A DNA stretch of 64,000 nucleotides from an uncultured SAR116 cluster alpha proteobacterium. Its GTDB lineage: Bacteria > Pseudomonadota > Alphaproteobacteria > Puniceispirillales > GCA-002684695. Shown here one piece after another: positions 47,909-57,244 of the stretch. Below the pieces are notes generated by a model. That model saw only the letters and a program-made list of their open reading frames with translations, searched no databases and was not told the DNA's origin. The stretch's first letter is position 1; each line of letters begins with the position of its first letter. The position numbers and the translations under genes were made by a program. The stretch spans positions 30,456-94,455 of the forward strand of contig CACMFN010000002.1 of NCBI GenBank assembly GCA_902612965.1, read 5' to 3'.

Positions 47909-48676
47909 TTATGTTAAAGTTGACGTAATTGTTTCGCCACCGTCAGCAACGATTAACTGCCCCGTAATAAAAGATGATGCTTCACTAGCTAAGAAATGAA
48001 CAATGCCAGATATATCCTCAGGGTAGCCAATTCTTTGAAGTGGTGTATTTTCATTTTGTTTTTTTAATTTGTCTTTATCAGACCATAAAGCACGTGAGAA
48101 TTCTGTTTTTATTAATCCTGGTGCGATAGCGTTCACCCTTATTCCATAAGGGCCTAACTCCACTGCTAAATTTTTTACTAAAGAAACCTCTGCAGCTTTT
48201 GAAATTCCGTATGCACCAATATCCTTTGTTCCAATTAGAGCAGAAATACTCGACATAATTATAATTGAACTTTCTTTGTTTTGTTTTAAATAAGGGCTAG
48301 CTTCATTCACCAACCAGATAGATGATTTGAGATTAACATCTAAAACTTTATCAAAGGCATTATCATTGAGCTTTTCTAATGGCCCGAATGCAGGATTTGT
48401 TCCTGCATTACTTACTAAAATATCAATGCCATTATACTTGTTGATAGTTTCTTTTACTAAATTTCTTATTTCCTCTTTTCTGCCTACATGGCAGGGAATC
48501 ACTTCAGCTTTATAACCTTTGCTTTTTATTTCATTGGCAACTTTTTCACATTCCTCATATTTTCTTGATGATATGATCACTTTTGCCCCAGCTTCTGATA
48601 ATTGAATTGCTATAGCTTTGCCAATTCCTCTTGATGCCCCTGTAACTATTGCTATTTTGTCATTTAGGCTAAACAT
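47909..48676 (-). CDS. SDR family oxidoreductase (DHRS4-like)
   Basis: TGASRGIG, ISSRK, CHVG, NAGTNP, YGISK, APGLIKTEFS. Confidence 0.9.
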   Translation of the reverse strand: MFSLNDKIAIVTGASRGIGKAIAIQLSEAGAKVIISSRKYEECEKVANEIKSKGYKAEVIPCHVGRKEEIRNLVKETINKYNGIDILVSNAGTNPAFGPLEKLNDNAFDKVLDVNLKSSIWLVNEASPYLKQNKESSIIIMSSISALIGTKDIGAYGISKAAEVSLVKNLAVELGPYGIRVNAIAPGLIKTEFSRALWSDKDKLKKQNENTPLQRIGYPEDISGIVHFLASEASSFITGQLIVADGGETITSTLT

Positions 48677-48814
48677 AATAATTTTTCATTTTATCTAATT
48701 AGTAATAGTTTATTTAATATTTAAATCTTTAACTTAAAATATTGAATAAACAACTTGAAACTTTTTCGGTTCTTTGTTTTGTTAATTGAAATAATTTAAA
48801 TATTTGGAGGAATT

Positions 48815-50047
48815 ATGAAAATTATAAAATTATTAATATTATCATTTTTTGCTTTAGGAATGATAATTAATTCAGCTTTTGCTGGTGGTAAGTTAGTGAT
48901 AGCGTCAAATGCTTCAGACGCTGCGCCAAGACAAGCAATGGAGGATATTGTAGCAAAGTTCCAAGCTGCTAATCCTGATATAGAAGTTGTATTAAACACA
49001 ACAGAACATGAAGCATTTAAAACTGCAATTAGAACTATATTGGCTGCTGACAAAGGACCTGATGTTGCCACATGGTTTGCTGGAAACAGAATGGCGGGTT
49101 TTGTTGCAGATGGTCTTTTCGCAGATGTTTCTGATGTTTGGGCTAGTGAAGGATGGGGCAATTCTATGTCGTCAACAATGCCTTCGGTTACGTTTAATGG
49201 TAAACAATATGCTGTTCCTTTCTCATATTATCAATGGGGTGTTTACTACAGAAAAGATATCTATGATGCGAATGGTATTTCAATTCCAAAAACATATGAT
49301 GAGTTTTTAGATAACTGTAAAAAGCTAAAAGCTAATGGAATTGCTTCAGTTGCAATTGGAACCAAATATTTATGGACAGCTGCAGGTTGGTTTGATTATA
49401 TTAATCTTAGAACAAATGGTCTTGATTACCATATTGATCTAATGCTTGGTAAAACCAAATATACTGACGAAGGCGTTGTCAATACATTTAAAAATTGGGC
49501 AAGGGCAATTGATGCTGGTTGTTTTATGGATGATCACCAAAATTATAGCTGGCAAGAAGCGCAAGCTCCTTTAATAAATGGTGAAGCTGCATCCTACCTT
49601 ATTGGGAATTTTATAGTTGCTAATTTACCAGAGGAAACTCAAGAGCAACTTGATTTTTATCAATTTCCACCAATCGATCCAAACATGGAGTTAGGTGAAG
49701 ATGCGCCAACGGAAATCATTTTTATGCCGGCTAATGCACAAAATGTTGAAAATGGTAAAAAATTCATGGCTTTTTATGCACAACCTGAAAATTTAACAGC
49801 AATGAATAATGTTCTTGGCCAACTTTCACCTCATTCTGGTTCGGCAGCTCCATCAGATCGTTTTCAAAAGGCTGGGGCCGAGATGCTTTCAAAATCAAAA
49901 ACTGCACAATTTTTTGATAGAGACACTACACCTGAAATGGCAAAAGCAGCAATGCAACTTATGGTTGATTTTATGCTAGAGCCTGAAAGTATGATGGAAA
50001 TTCTTGAGGAAATAGAAGAAGAGCGTTCAAGAATTTTTGGCGGATAA
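48815..50047 (+). CDS. Carbohydrate ABC solute-binding protein
   Basis: Signal peptide, FQAANPDI, GPDVATWFAG, YYRKDIY; GGAGG RBS. Confidence 0.93.
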   Translation: MKIIKLLILSFFALGMIINSAFAGGKLVIASNASDAAPRQAMEDIVAKFQAANPDIEVVLNTTEHEAFKTAIRTILAADKGPDVATWFAGNRMAGFVADGLFADVSDVWASEGWGNSMSSTMPSVTFNGKQYAVPFSYYQWGVYYRKDIYDANGISIPKTYDEFLDNCKKLKANGIASVAIGTKYLWTAAGWFDYINLRTNGLDYHIDLMLGKTKYTDEGVVNTFKNWARAIDAGCFMDDHQNYSWQEAQAPLINGEAASYLIGNFIVANLPEETQEQLDFYQFPPIDPNMELGEDAPTEIIFMPANAQNVENGKKFMAFYAQPENLTAMNNVLGQLSPHSGSAAPSDRFQKAGAEMLSKSKTAQFFDRDTTPEMAKAAMQLMVDFMLEPESMMEILEEIEEERSRIFGG

Positions 50048-50059
50048 ATAATTAAAAAC

Positions 50060-50089
50060 AAAAGGGGCTTTTTTAAAGCTCCTTTTTTT
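50060..50089 (+). terminator. Stem-loop with U-tract after the SBP gene
   Basis: AAAAGGGGCTTT-loop-AAAGCTCCTTTTTTT. Confidence 0.75.
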
Positions 50090-50095
50090 AATCTG

Positions 50096-51184
50096 ATGAA
50101 AATAAAGTTAAATCTTACTCCCTGGTTATTTCTTGCTCCAGCTTTGATATATTTTACAATAATGGTGATTTATCCAATTATTGGAAGTGTTCACATAAGT
50201 TTTCATGACTGGAATGGAACACAATTTAAATGCGCAGATGGCAGGGATATAAAATCTCTTCAAGAAAATGAATTTTGTAGAAAAATTCCTGATATGAAAT
50301 ATGTTGGTTTCGAAAACTATGAGAGATTTTTTAAAAAAACACCAAAAGATTTAAATAAAATTAAAAAATATTGGCAAAGGGTTTTTGATCCCGGAGATAA
50401 TATGATTGGAGTACCAGTATTAGATCAAGGAATAGGCTTAATAAGCACTTTGACTGATGGTAAAAAAACTAAATGGCCAAGACTTTCAATTGAAACAAAA
50501 ATAATTTTAAATACAATTAAATGGTTAATATTTTTTCCCTTGGCAATCCCAATAGGTTTGGGATTAGCATTGTTTTTGAATCAGATAGGATGGTTTGTTA
50601 AACTAAGTAAATCACTAATATTTTTTCCTTTCGTTATTTCAGCAGCTGTAATTGGTTTTGTATTTCAATTTTTCTATGATCCAAACGGCGGTTTGCTCTC
50701 TCCAATATATGAATATCTTGGTTGGAAAGATGGAATAATTGGTGATAAAGATAAAGCTACTTACGGTATTATAGCTGCAGCATGGTACAGACAAATTGGT
50801 TATTGTCTTATCATTTACTTAGCTGGCCTAACCTCAGTTAATTCTGAACAAATTGAAGCTGCTAGAATGGATGGTGCTTCTGGTTGGAAACTTTTCAGAT
50901 ATATAGTTTTGCCACAATTGTGGCCTTCTACATTTGTTGCGCTTGTTGTAACTATAATTGGAGCTTTGCGAACTGACTCATTTGATATGACCCAAATAAT
51001 GACAGAAGGTGGTCCTGGACGAGGAGCTTCAGATGTAATGTCTAGGTATATGTTCCAAAAAACATTATTTGATCAAGACTATGGATACGGATCAAGTATT
51101 TCGGTTTTATTGTTTATGTTTATGTTGATATTTATAATCGCATTTATTATTCGAATGTATTATCAAGATGAAAATTTAAGGTAG
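50096..51184 (+). CDS. Carbohydrate ABC permease (MalF-like) with enlarged first periplasmic loop
   Basis: PWLFLAP, VGFENY, EAARMDGA, MTEGGP. Confidence 0.92.
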   Translation: MKIKLNLTPWLFLAPALIYFTIMVIYPIIGSVHISFHDWNGTQFKCADGRDIKSLQENEFCRKIPDMKYVGFENYERFFKKTPKDLNKIKKYWQRVFDPGDNMIGVPVLDQGIGLISTLTDGKKTKWPRLSIETKIILNTIKWLIFFPLAIPIGLGLALFLNQIGWFVKLSKSLIFFPFVISAAVIGFVFQFFYDPNGGLLSPIYEYLGWKDGIIGDKDKATYGIIAAAWYRQIGYCLIIYLAGLTSVNSEQIEAARMDGASGWKLFRYIVLPQLWPSTFVALVVTIIGALRTDSFDMTQIMTEGGPGRGASDVMSRYMFQKTLFDQDYGYGSSISVLLFMFMLIFIIAFIIRMYYQDENLR

Positions 51185-51187
51185 TTT

Positions 51188-52045
51188 ATGTTCCCAGTAC
51201 CAATTGAAAAAGCTACTAAAACAAATAGGGTTATATATTACTCTTCAGTTGCACTAGTTTTGCTTCTTTGGTTAATTCCGCTGATGATAATAACACTTGC
51301 TGCATTTAAGACCGCAGATCAACTGAATGCTGGTGGTAGGGGATTTGTTCTTCCAGATCCTTTTACTTTAACTGCATTTAAACGAACCTTAACGAATGAG
51401 CCTTTCATGGCCTCAATTTTAAATTCATTTATGGTTGTAATTCCTGTGACAGTCATCTCAATATCACTTGCGACCATGGCAGGATATGCTTTGTCTAAAT
51501 TTCGTTTTAGAGGAATGATAATTATTTTTGCAATTTTTGTGGGGGGAAATTTTATACCATATCAAGTGTTAATGATACCAGTTTTAAGGCTAACACAAGA
51601 TATTGGTATTTGGAATACAAAATACGCTATAATCTTATTCCATGGCGCTTTCCAAGCTGGTTTCTGTGTTTTCTTCATGAGAAACTTTATTTCACAAATA
51701 CCAAATGAATTATTAGAATCCGCTCGTGTTGATGGAGCTACAGAGTTTGAAATCTTTTATAAAATTGTATTGCCACTTGTCAGACCAGCGATGGCTGCAT
51801 TAGCTGTTCTAATTTTTTCTTTTGTTTGGAACGACTTTTTCTGGTCTCTAATTCTTTCACCAATTTCACCATCTGGAATGCTTGCCCCAGCTGGTCTGGC
51901 AACAATTATAAAAGGGAGGTTCTATAATGAATATAATGTTATGGCTGTGGGCTCTATTTTAGTTGCACTTCCACCTGTTGTCTTATTTTTCTTGTTACAA
52001 AAGCAATTTATAAGTGGCCTTACAATGGGAGCAACCAAAGGCTAG
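51188..52045 (+). CDS. Carbohydrate ABC permease (MalG-like)
   Basis: ELLESARVDG, WNDFFW, LQKQFISGL. Confidence 0.95.
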   Translation: MFPVPIEKATKTNRVIYYSSVALVLLLWLIPLMIITLAAFKTADQLNAGGRGFVLPDPFTLTAFKRTLTNEPFMASILNSFMVVIPVTVISISLATMAGYALSKFRFRGMIIIFAIFVGGNFIPYQVLMIPVLRLTQDIGIWNTKYAIILFHGAFQAGFCVFFMRNFISQIPNELLESARVDGATEFEIFYKIVLPLVRPAMAALAVLIFSFVWNDFFWSLILSPISPSGMLAPAGLATIIKGRFYNEYNVMAVGSILVALPPVVLFFLLQKQFISGLTMGATKG

Positions 52046-52821
52046 GCATTAATTAGTTTTGATACTTCCGCAACTCTTTCTGCATTTGAAGAAGCTACAG
52101 TTCCATTTTGATTGTAAAAATTATTTTCAAATCCAACTCTGACTTTCCCACCGTGAAGATTTGATTTGATTAAACAATCAGTTTCAGATCTACCAAAAGC
52201 GCAAATCCCCCAGTCAATTTCATAGGTTATATTTTTATGCTCATCGAGAAATAAATCCAGATCCTCTTTTTTGCTTTGAAAATTTTTATCATATCTACCC
52301 AGAACATAAAGAAGTTGCAAGTTTGTTTTTGGTATAACGTTTAATTCAACAGCTTTTTTAAACAACTTTAAATCTTCTACTGAATATAAAATATGCTGAA
52401 TTTGAATGTTATTTTCAATTGCAAAATTATAAAAATTTTGTGCTAGCTTGGGTTCCTTAATATTTGGCATCATCTCTATTAAGGCTACTGAGGCCGCTTC
52501 AGGTCGGACTAGTTTCACAACTTCAAATTGCTCTTCAGGAGAAAATTTGCCAACAGCTTCAGTTGTAATTTGAACAGGTAATTCAGGAACTTTAATATCC
52601 AATTCACTTAATAACTCTTGATACATCCCAACATCTAAAGAATGGCTCCCTTTTTTATCTCTTACATGCGCATGAATTGCATTTGCACCTTTATGAAAAC
52701 AATTAAATGCTTCTTCAACAATTTCTGAGATAGAGATAGGTAGATTTGGATGATCTTTTTTGGTTTTTCTTGCTCCATTTGGAGCAACCATAATCTTAGG
52801 GAGAATTGAAAATCTGTTCAT
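52042..52821 (-). CDS. Second BKACE/DUF849 family enzyme
   Basis: VAPNGAR, HPNLP, HAHVRD, QITTE, RVGFEN. Confidence 0.88.
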   Translation of the reverse strand: MNRFSILPKIMVAPNGARKTKKDHPNLPISISEIVEEAFNCFHKGANAIHAHVRDKKGSHSLDVGMYQELLSELDIKVPELPVQITTEAVGKFSPEEQFEVVKLVRPEAASVALIEMMPNIKEPKLAQNFYNFAIENNIQIQHILYSVEDLKLFKKAVELNVIPKTNLQLLYVLGRYDKNFQSKKEDLDLFLDEHKNITYEIDWGICAFGRSETDCLIKSNLHGGKVRVGFENNFYNQNGTVASSNAERVAEVSKLINA

Positions 52822-52870
52822 ATTAAATTAAATGTATAAAATGAAAACTTATGCAAGGTAAAATATTTTA

Positions 52871-53908
52871 ATGAAATATAATGAATTAGGTCAAAGTGGA
52901 ATTAAAGTAAGTGAGCTCTGTTTAGGAACTATGACATGGGGATCACAGAATTCACAATCAGATGCAAATAGACAAATTGAAATATCAATAGATCATGGAA
53001 TAAACTTTTTAGATACGGCGGAGATGTATCCAACAACACCAATCTCATCCAAAACGCAAGGTGATACTGAAAGAATAATTGGAAACTGGCTACAGAAAAT
53101 AAAAAGAAGATCTGAAGTATTTATAGCTACTAAAATCACAGGAAAAGGTTTTAAATCAATAAGAAATGGAGAACCAATTTCAGTTTCAAATTTAAGACCA
53201 GCTTTAGAAGGAAGTCTAAAAAGATTAAAAACTGAATATATTGACCTTTATCAACTTCATTGGGCTAATAGAGGTTCATATCATTTTAGGCAGAATTGGA
53301 ATTATGACCCTTCAGGCCAAGAAAAAGAATTAGATGAAATGTATAATATTTTAAGTGAATTAGATAAATTTGTTAAGGAAGGTAAAATTAGAACAATTGG
53401 TTTATCAAATGAAACAGCATGGGGCACAATACAATTTTCTAATATTGCAAAAGAAAATAATTTTCCTAAAATTGTAACAATCCAAAATGAATACAGTTTA
53501 ATGTGCAGACACTTTGATCTGGACCTTGCTGAAGTTTGTCATCATGAAAAAATAGGTTTGCTTTCTTTCTCACCTTTAGCTTGTGGTATTCTCTCTGGTA
53601 AATATTCAAATAATGAAATACCCAGTGGCTCAAGAAAAAGTATTAATAATAGTCTAGGAAATAGGAATTCAAAGTTAACTAATTTAGCAGCTGAAGAATA
53701 CTTTAGATTGGCAAAAAAATATTCTTTAGACCCTTGCCAAATGTCTTTATCTTTTTGTTTAAGCAGACCATTTATGACCTCAGTTATTTTTGGAGCTACA
53801 AATGAAAATCAACTACTCAATAATATTAATTCAAAAGATTTAGTTTTAGACAAAAATCTTCTTAATGAAATATCAATTATACATAAGAAATACCCAATTC
53901 CTTTTTAA
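52871..53908 (+). CDS. Aldo/keto reductase (Tas-like)
   Basis: LCLGTMTWG, DTAEMYP, DLYQLHW, GLSNETAWG, IQNEYSL, SPLACG. Confidence 0.93.
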   Translation: MKYNELGQSGIKVSELCLGTMTWGSQNSQSDANRQIEISIDHGINFLDTAEMYPTTPISSKTQGDTERIIGNWLQKIKRRSEVFIATKITGKGFKSIRNGEPISVSNLRPALEGSLKRLKTEYIDLYQLHWANRGSYHFRQNWNYDPSGQEKELDEMYNILSELDKFVKEGKIRTIGLSNETAWGTIQFSNIAKENNFPKIVTIQNEYSLMCRHFDLDLAEVCHHEKIGLLSFSPLACGILSGKYSNNEIPSGSRKSINNSLGNRNSKLTNLAAEEYFRLAKKYSLDPCQMSLSFCLSRPFMTSVIFGATNENQLLNNINSKDLVLDKNLLNEISIIHKKYPIPF

Positions 53909-53919
53909 ATGAATTAGTT

Positions 53920-55224
53920 CTATTTTTTTCCTAAAGGTATATATTCTAGTTTAGCATCAGCCATAGATTTAGAATCAAAAATATTTCTTAAATCAATTAC
54001 AATGTTTCCTTTCATTAATTGTGATATTTCTAATGGATTTAGTGCTCGAAACTCGTTCCACTCAGTCAGAACTACAAGCATATCTTTGCCAGAAATACAT
54101 TCCTGAGTATTTTGTAAATAGTTAATTTTGTCTGAAAAAATTTTTTTTGCCTCATTCATTGCTTCTGGGTCATAAGCAAAAATATTAGCATTGAGATTTA
54201 AAAGACCGTTAATTATATCTATTGAAGGGCTTTCTCTCATATCATCAGTTTCAGGTTTAAAAGACAATCCTAAAATTGCTATGTCCTTATTTGATAGACT
54301 ATCTACACTAGATTGAATTTTTTTAACCATATGTTTTTTTCTTAGATCGTTATATTTTATAGTTTGTTCTACTATTGAAACTTCTGATTTATATTCATTA
54401 GCAGTTTTCACTAATGCAAGTGTATCTTTTGGGAAACAGCTACCTCCATAACCCGGACCAGTATGCAGAAACTTATTACCAATTCTTTTATCTAATCCCA
54501 TCCCTTTGGCGATATCATCAATATTTGCACCTACTTTTTCGCACAAATCTGCCATTTGGTTTATGTAAGAAATTTTTACTGCTAGAAAAGCATTAGAAGC
54601 ATATTTTATTAATTCCGCACTTTCTAATGAAGTATATACAATTGGAGTTTCCAATAAGAACAATGGCCTATATAATGTTGCCATCATTTTCTTTGCCTTT
54701 TCAGTTTCAACTCCAACAACAACTCTATCAGGCCTCATAAAGTCTTCAATAGCAGATCCTTCTCTTAGAAATTCAGGATTTGAAGCTATGTCAAATTCTG
54801 CTTTATTATTTGCTTTTTTAATAATTTGTTTAACTTTATTACCTGTACCAACAGGAACCGTTGATTTTGTAACAATTATAGTATAGCCATTAATAAATTT
54901 TGCAATTTCTTCGGCTGCATTAAAGACAAAACTTAAATCAGCGTGACCATCACCTCTCCTCGATGGAGTCCCAACTGCAATAAAAACTATATCTGCACTT
55001 CGAACAGCACTTTCTAATTCTGTTGTAAAGGTTATCCGGTTAGCATCAATATTTCTTTTAAGCATTGCTTCTAATCCTGGTTCATATATAGGAACTTCAC
55101 CATCTTGTAGTTTTTGAATTTTTTTTACCTCTTTATCTACACAAGTAATATTAAAACCAAACTCAGCAAAACATATTCCTGATACAAGACCTACATAACC
55201 TGTTCCAATGATTGTAATATTCAA
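53920..55224 (-). CDS. ugd: UDP-glucose 6-dehydrogenase
   Basis: GTGYVGL, AVGTP, KSTVPVGT, NPEFLREG, GYGGSCFPKD, FKPETDDMRES. Confidence 0.95.
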   Translation of the reverse strand: MNITIIGTGYVGLVSGICFAEFGFNITCVDKEVKKIQKLQDGEVPIYEPGLEAMLKRNIDANRITFTTELESAVRSADIVFIAVGTPSRRGDGHADLSFVFNAAEEIAKFINGYTIIVTKSTVPVGTGNKVKQIIKKANNKAEFDIASNPEFLREGSAIEDFMRPDRVVVGVETEKAKKMMATLYRPLFLLETPIVYTSLESAELIKYASNAFLAVKISYINQMADLCEKVGANIDDIAKGMGLDKRIGNKFLHTGPGYGGSCFPKDTLALVKTANEYKSEVSIVEQTIKYNDLRKKHMVKKIQSSVDSLSNKDIAILGLSFKPETDDMRESPSIDIINGLLNLNANIFAYDPEAMNEAKKIFSDKINYLQNTQECISGKDMLVVLTEWNEFRALNPLEISQLMKGNIVIDLRNIFDSKSMADAKLEYIPLGKK

Positions 55225-55342
55225 TTATTTTACCTTTATAAAAAAAATCTGATTTTGAGTATAATTTTAATAATTACTGTATTTATATATCTTAATAAGT
55301 TATATACAATCAACTATTCAAATGATCAATTTTAGTTAAGTT

Positions 55343-56347
55343 ATGAACAAAGTTTTAGTAACTGGAGCAGCTGGGTTTATCGGGTTTTCAATCTGTAATA
55401 AACTAGTAGAATTAGGAATAGATGTTTGTGGTTTAGATAATTTAAATAATTACTATGACCCAAGATTAAAAAATGCAAGATTAGAAATTCTTACAAAAAA
55501 AGGCATGCCATTTTCAAAAATTGATCTTGCGGATGCGGAAAAAGTTAAAAAAGTTTTTAATTCATATAAACCTAGCCATGTAATAAATTTAGCTGCCCAA
55601 GCAGGTGTGAGATATTCACTAGAAAATCCTCATGCCTACATAAACAGTAATATTATAGGATTTTTAAATATTTTAGAAAATTGCAAAAATAACTCTGTAG
55701 AGCACTTGATATATGCAAGTTCTTCATCAGTTTATGGATTAAATAAAACTTTTCCTTTTTCAGAAACAAATAATGTTGATCATCCAGTGAGTCTTTATGC
55801 AGCATCAAAAAAGTCAAATGAAGCTATTGCCCATTCATACTCGCATATATTTAAATTACCTTGCACAGGCTTAAGGTTCTTTACTGTGTATGGTCCATGG
55901 GGTCGACCTGACATGGCGTTATATATTTTTACGAAAAAAATACTAGCGGGTGAGCCAATTGATGTTTTTGGTTTTGGAAAAATGAGAAGAGATTTTACTT
56001 ATATAGATGACATTGTTGAGGGTATTTTTAAACTTTTAGATAAAAAACCATCTGGTTCTCCAGACTGGACTGGTAAAAAACCTAATCCTTCAAACAGTAG
56101 CGCTCCTTGGGAAATTTATAATATTGGAAATAACAAACCAACAGAACTTGAATACTTTATTTCTCTTATTGAAAAAAACTTAAATAAAAAAGCAATTAAA
56201 AATTATTTAGATATACAACCTGGAGATGTTGAAGAAACCGCAGCTGATATAAGTAAATTGAATAAAGCAACTGGCTTTGTTCCTTCAACCTCTATTGAAA
56301 TAGGTATCCCAAAATTTATTTCTTGGTATAGAACATTTCATAATTAA
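55343..56347 (+). CDS. UDP-glucuronate 4-epimerase-like NAD-dependent epimerase
   Basis: TGAAGFIG, LAAQAGVRYS, YAASKK, RFFTVYGPWGRPDMA. Confidence 0.9.
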   Translation: MNKVLVTGAAGFIGFSICNKLVELGIDVCGLDNLNNYYDPRLKNARLEILTKKGMPFSKIDLADAEKVKKVFNSYKPSHVINLAAQAGVRYSLENPHAYINSNIIGFLNILENCKNNSVEHLIYASSSSVYGLNKTFPFSETNNVDHPVSLYAASKKSNEAIAHSYSHIFKLPCTGLRFFTVYGPWGRPDMALYIFTKKILAGEPIDVFGFGKMRRDFTYIDDIVEGIFKLLDKKPSGSPDWTGKKPNPSNSSAPWEIYNIGNNKPTELEYFISLIEKNLNKKAIKNYLDIQPGDVEETAADISKLNKATGFVPSTSIEIGIPKFISWYRTFHN

Positions 56348-56364
56348 GTATATGAATTATCTAA

Positions 56365-57243
56365 ATGCTAGAAACTTCAAAAAAAATACGTAAAGCAATT
56401 TTTCCAGTAGGAGGATTAGGTACACGCTTTTTGCCAGCGACTAAATCTATACCAAAAGAGATGCTTCCAGTTCTAGACAAACCATTAGTTCAATATGCAG
56501 TTGATGAAGCTTTGGAAGCTGGAATTGAAGAATTTATATTTGTTACTGGAAGGGGCAAAAGTGCCATAGAAGATTATTTTGATCATTCAATAGAGCTAGA
56601 AAAAACACTTAAAGATAACAATAAGTTACAAAAACTTGATTTAATAAAAAAAACCATCTTAAAACCTGGTTCCGTTTCTTTTGTAAGACAACAAAATCCT
56701 TTAGGCCTAGGTCATGCTGTTTGGTGTGCAAGAAATTTCATTGCTAATGAACCAGCAGCTATAATTTTAGCTGACGATTTAATTGATAGTAAACCAGGCT
56801 GCATGAAGCAAATGATTGAAAATTGGAATGGTGGTAATATGGTAGCTACAATGGAAGTTGAACCTGAAAAAACATCCTCATATGGCATTATATCACCAGG
56901 AAAAGTAATCCAAGATAAAATTGAAGTAAAAAATATTATTGAGAAACCAAACACTAAAGATGCACCCTCCAATATAGCCGTAGTTGGAAGATATATTGTT
57001 GAACCTTCTGTTTTTGATCATCTAGGTCTTCAGAAAAAAGGAACTAATGGTGAAGTACAGTTAACAGATAGCCTTTCTTATCAAATTGGTAAAGCTCCTT
57101 TTTTTGGATATAATTTTCATGGGACGAGGTATGATTGCGGCACTAAATTAGGCTTTGCAAAAGCTAATACTAGTTTAGCAATTAAGGATTCTAATATTGG
57201 AAATCAATTTAAAAATTGGATTACCAAATTAAATAAAAATTAA
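56365..57243 (+). CDS. galU: UTP-glucose-1-phosphate uridylyltransferase
   Basis: GLGTRFLPATK, PKEML, LGLGHAV, EKP, GEVQLTD, YDCG. Confidence 0.95.
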   Translation: MLETSKKIRKAIFPVGGLGTRFLPATKSIPKEMLPVLDKPLVQYAVDEALEAGIEEFIFVTGRGKSAIEDYFDHSIELEKTLKDNNKLQKLDLIKKTILKPGSVSFVRQQNPLGLGHAVWCARNFIANEPAAIILADDLIDSKPGCMKQMIENWNGGNMVATMEVEPEKTSSYGIISPGKVIQDKIEVKNIIEKPNTKDAPSNIAVVGRYIVEPSVFDHLGLQKKGTNGEVQLTDSLSYQIGKAPFFGYNFHGTRYDCGTKLGFAKANTSLAIKDSNIGNQFKNWITKLNKN

Positions 57244-57244
57244 A

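Noticed and set aside
48769..48784. GTTC...GTTA resembling a second SOS box upstream of the sugar SBP
   Set aside because: Spacing is 8 rather than 7, and the second half-site is imperfect
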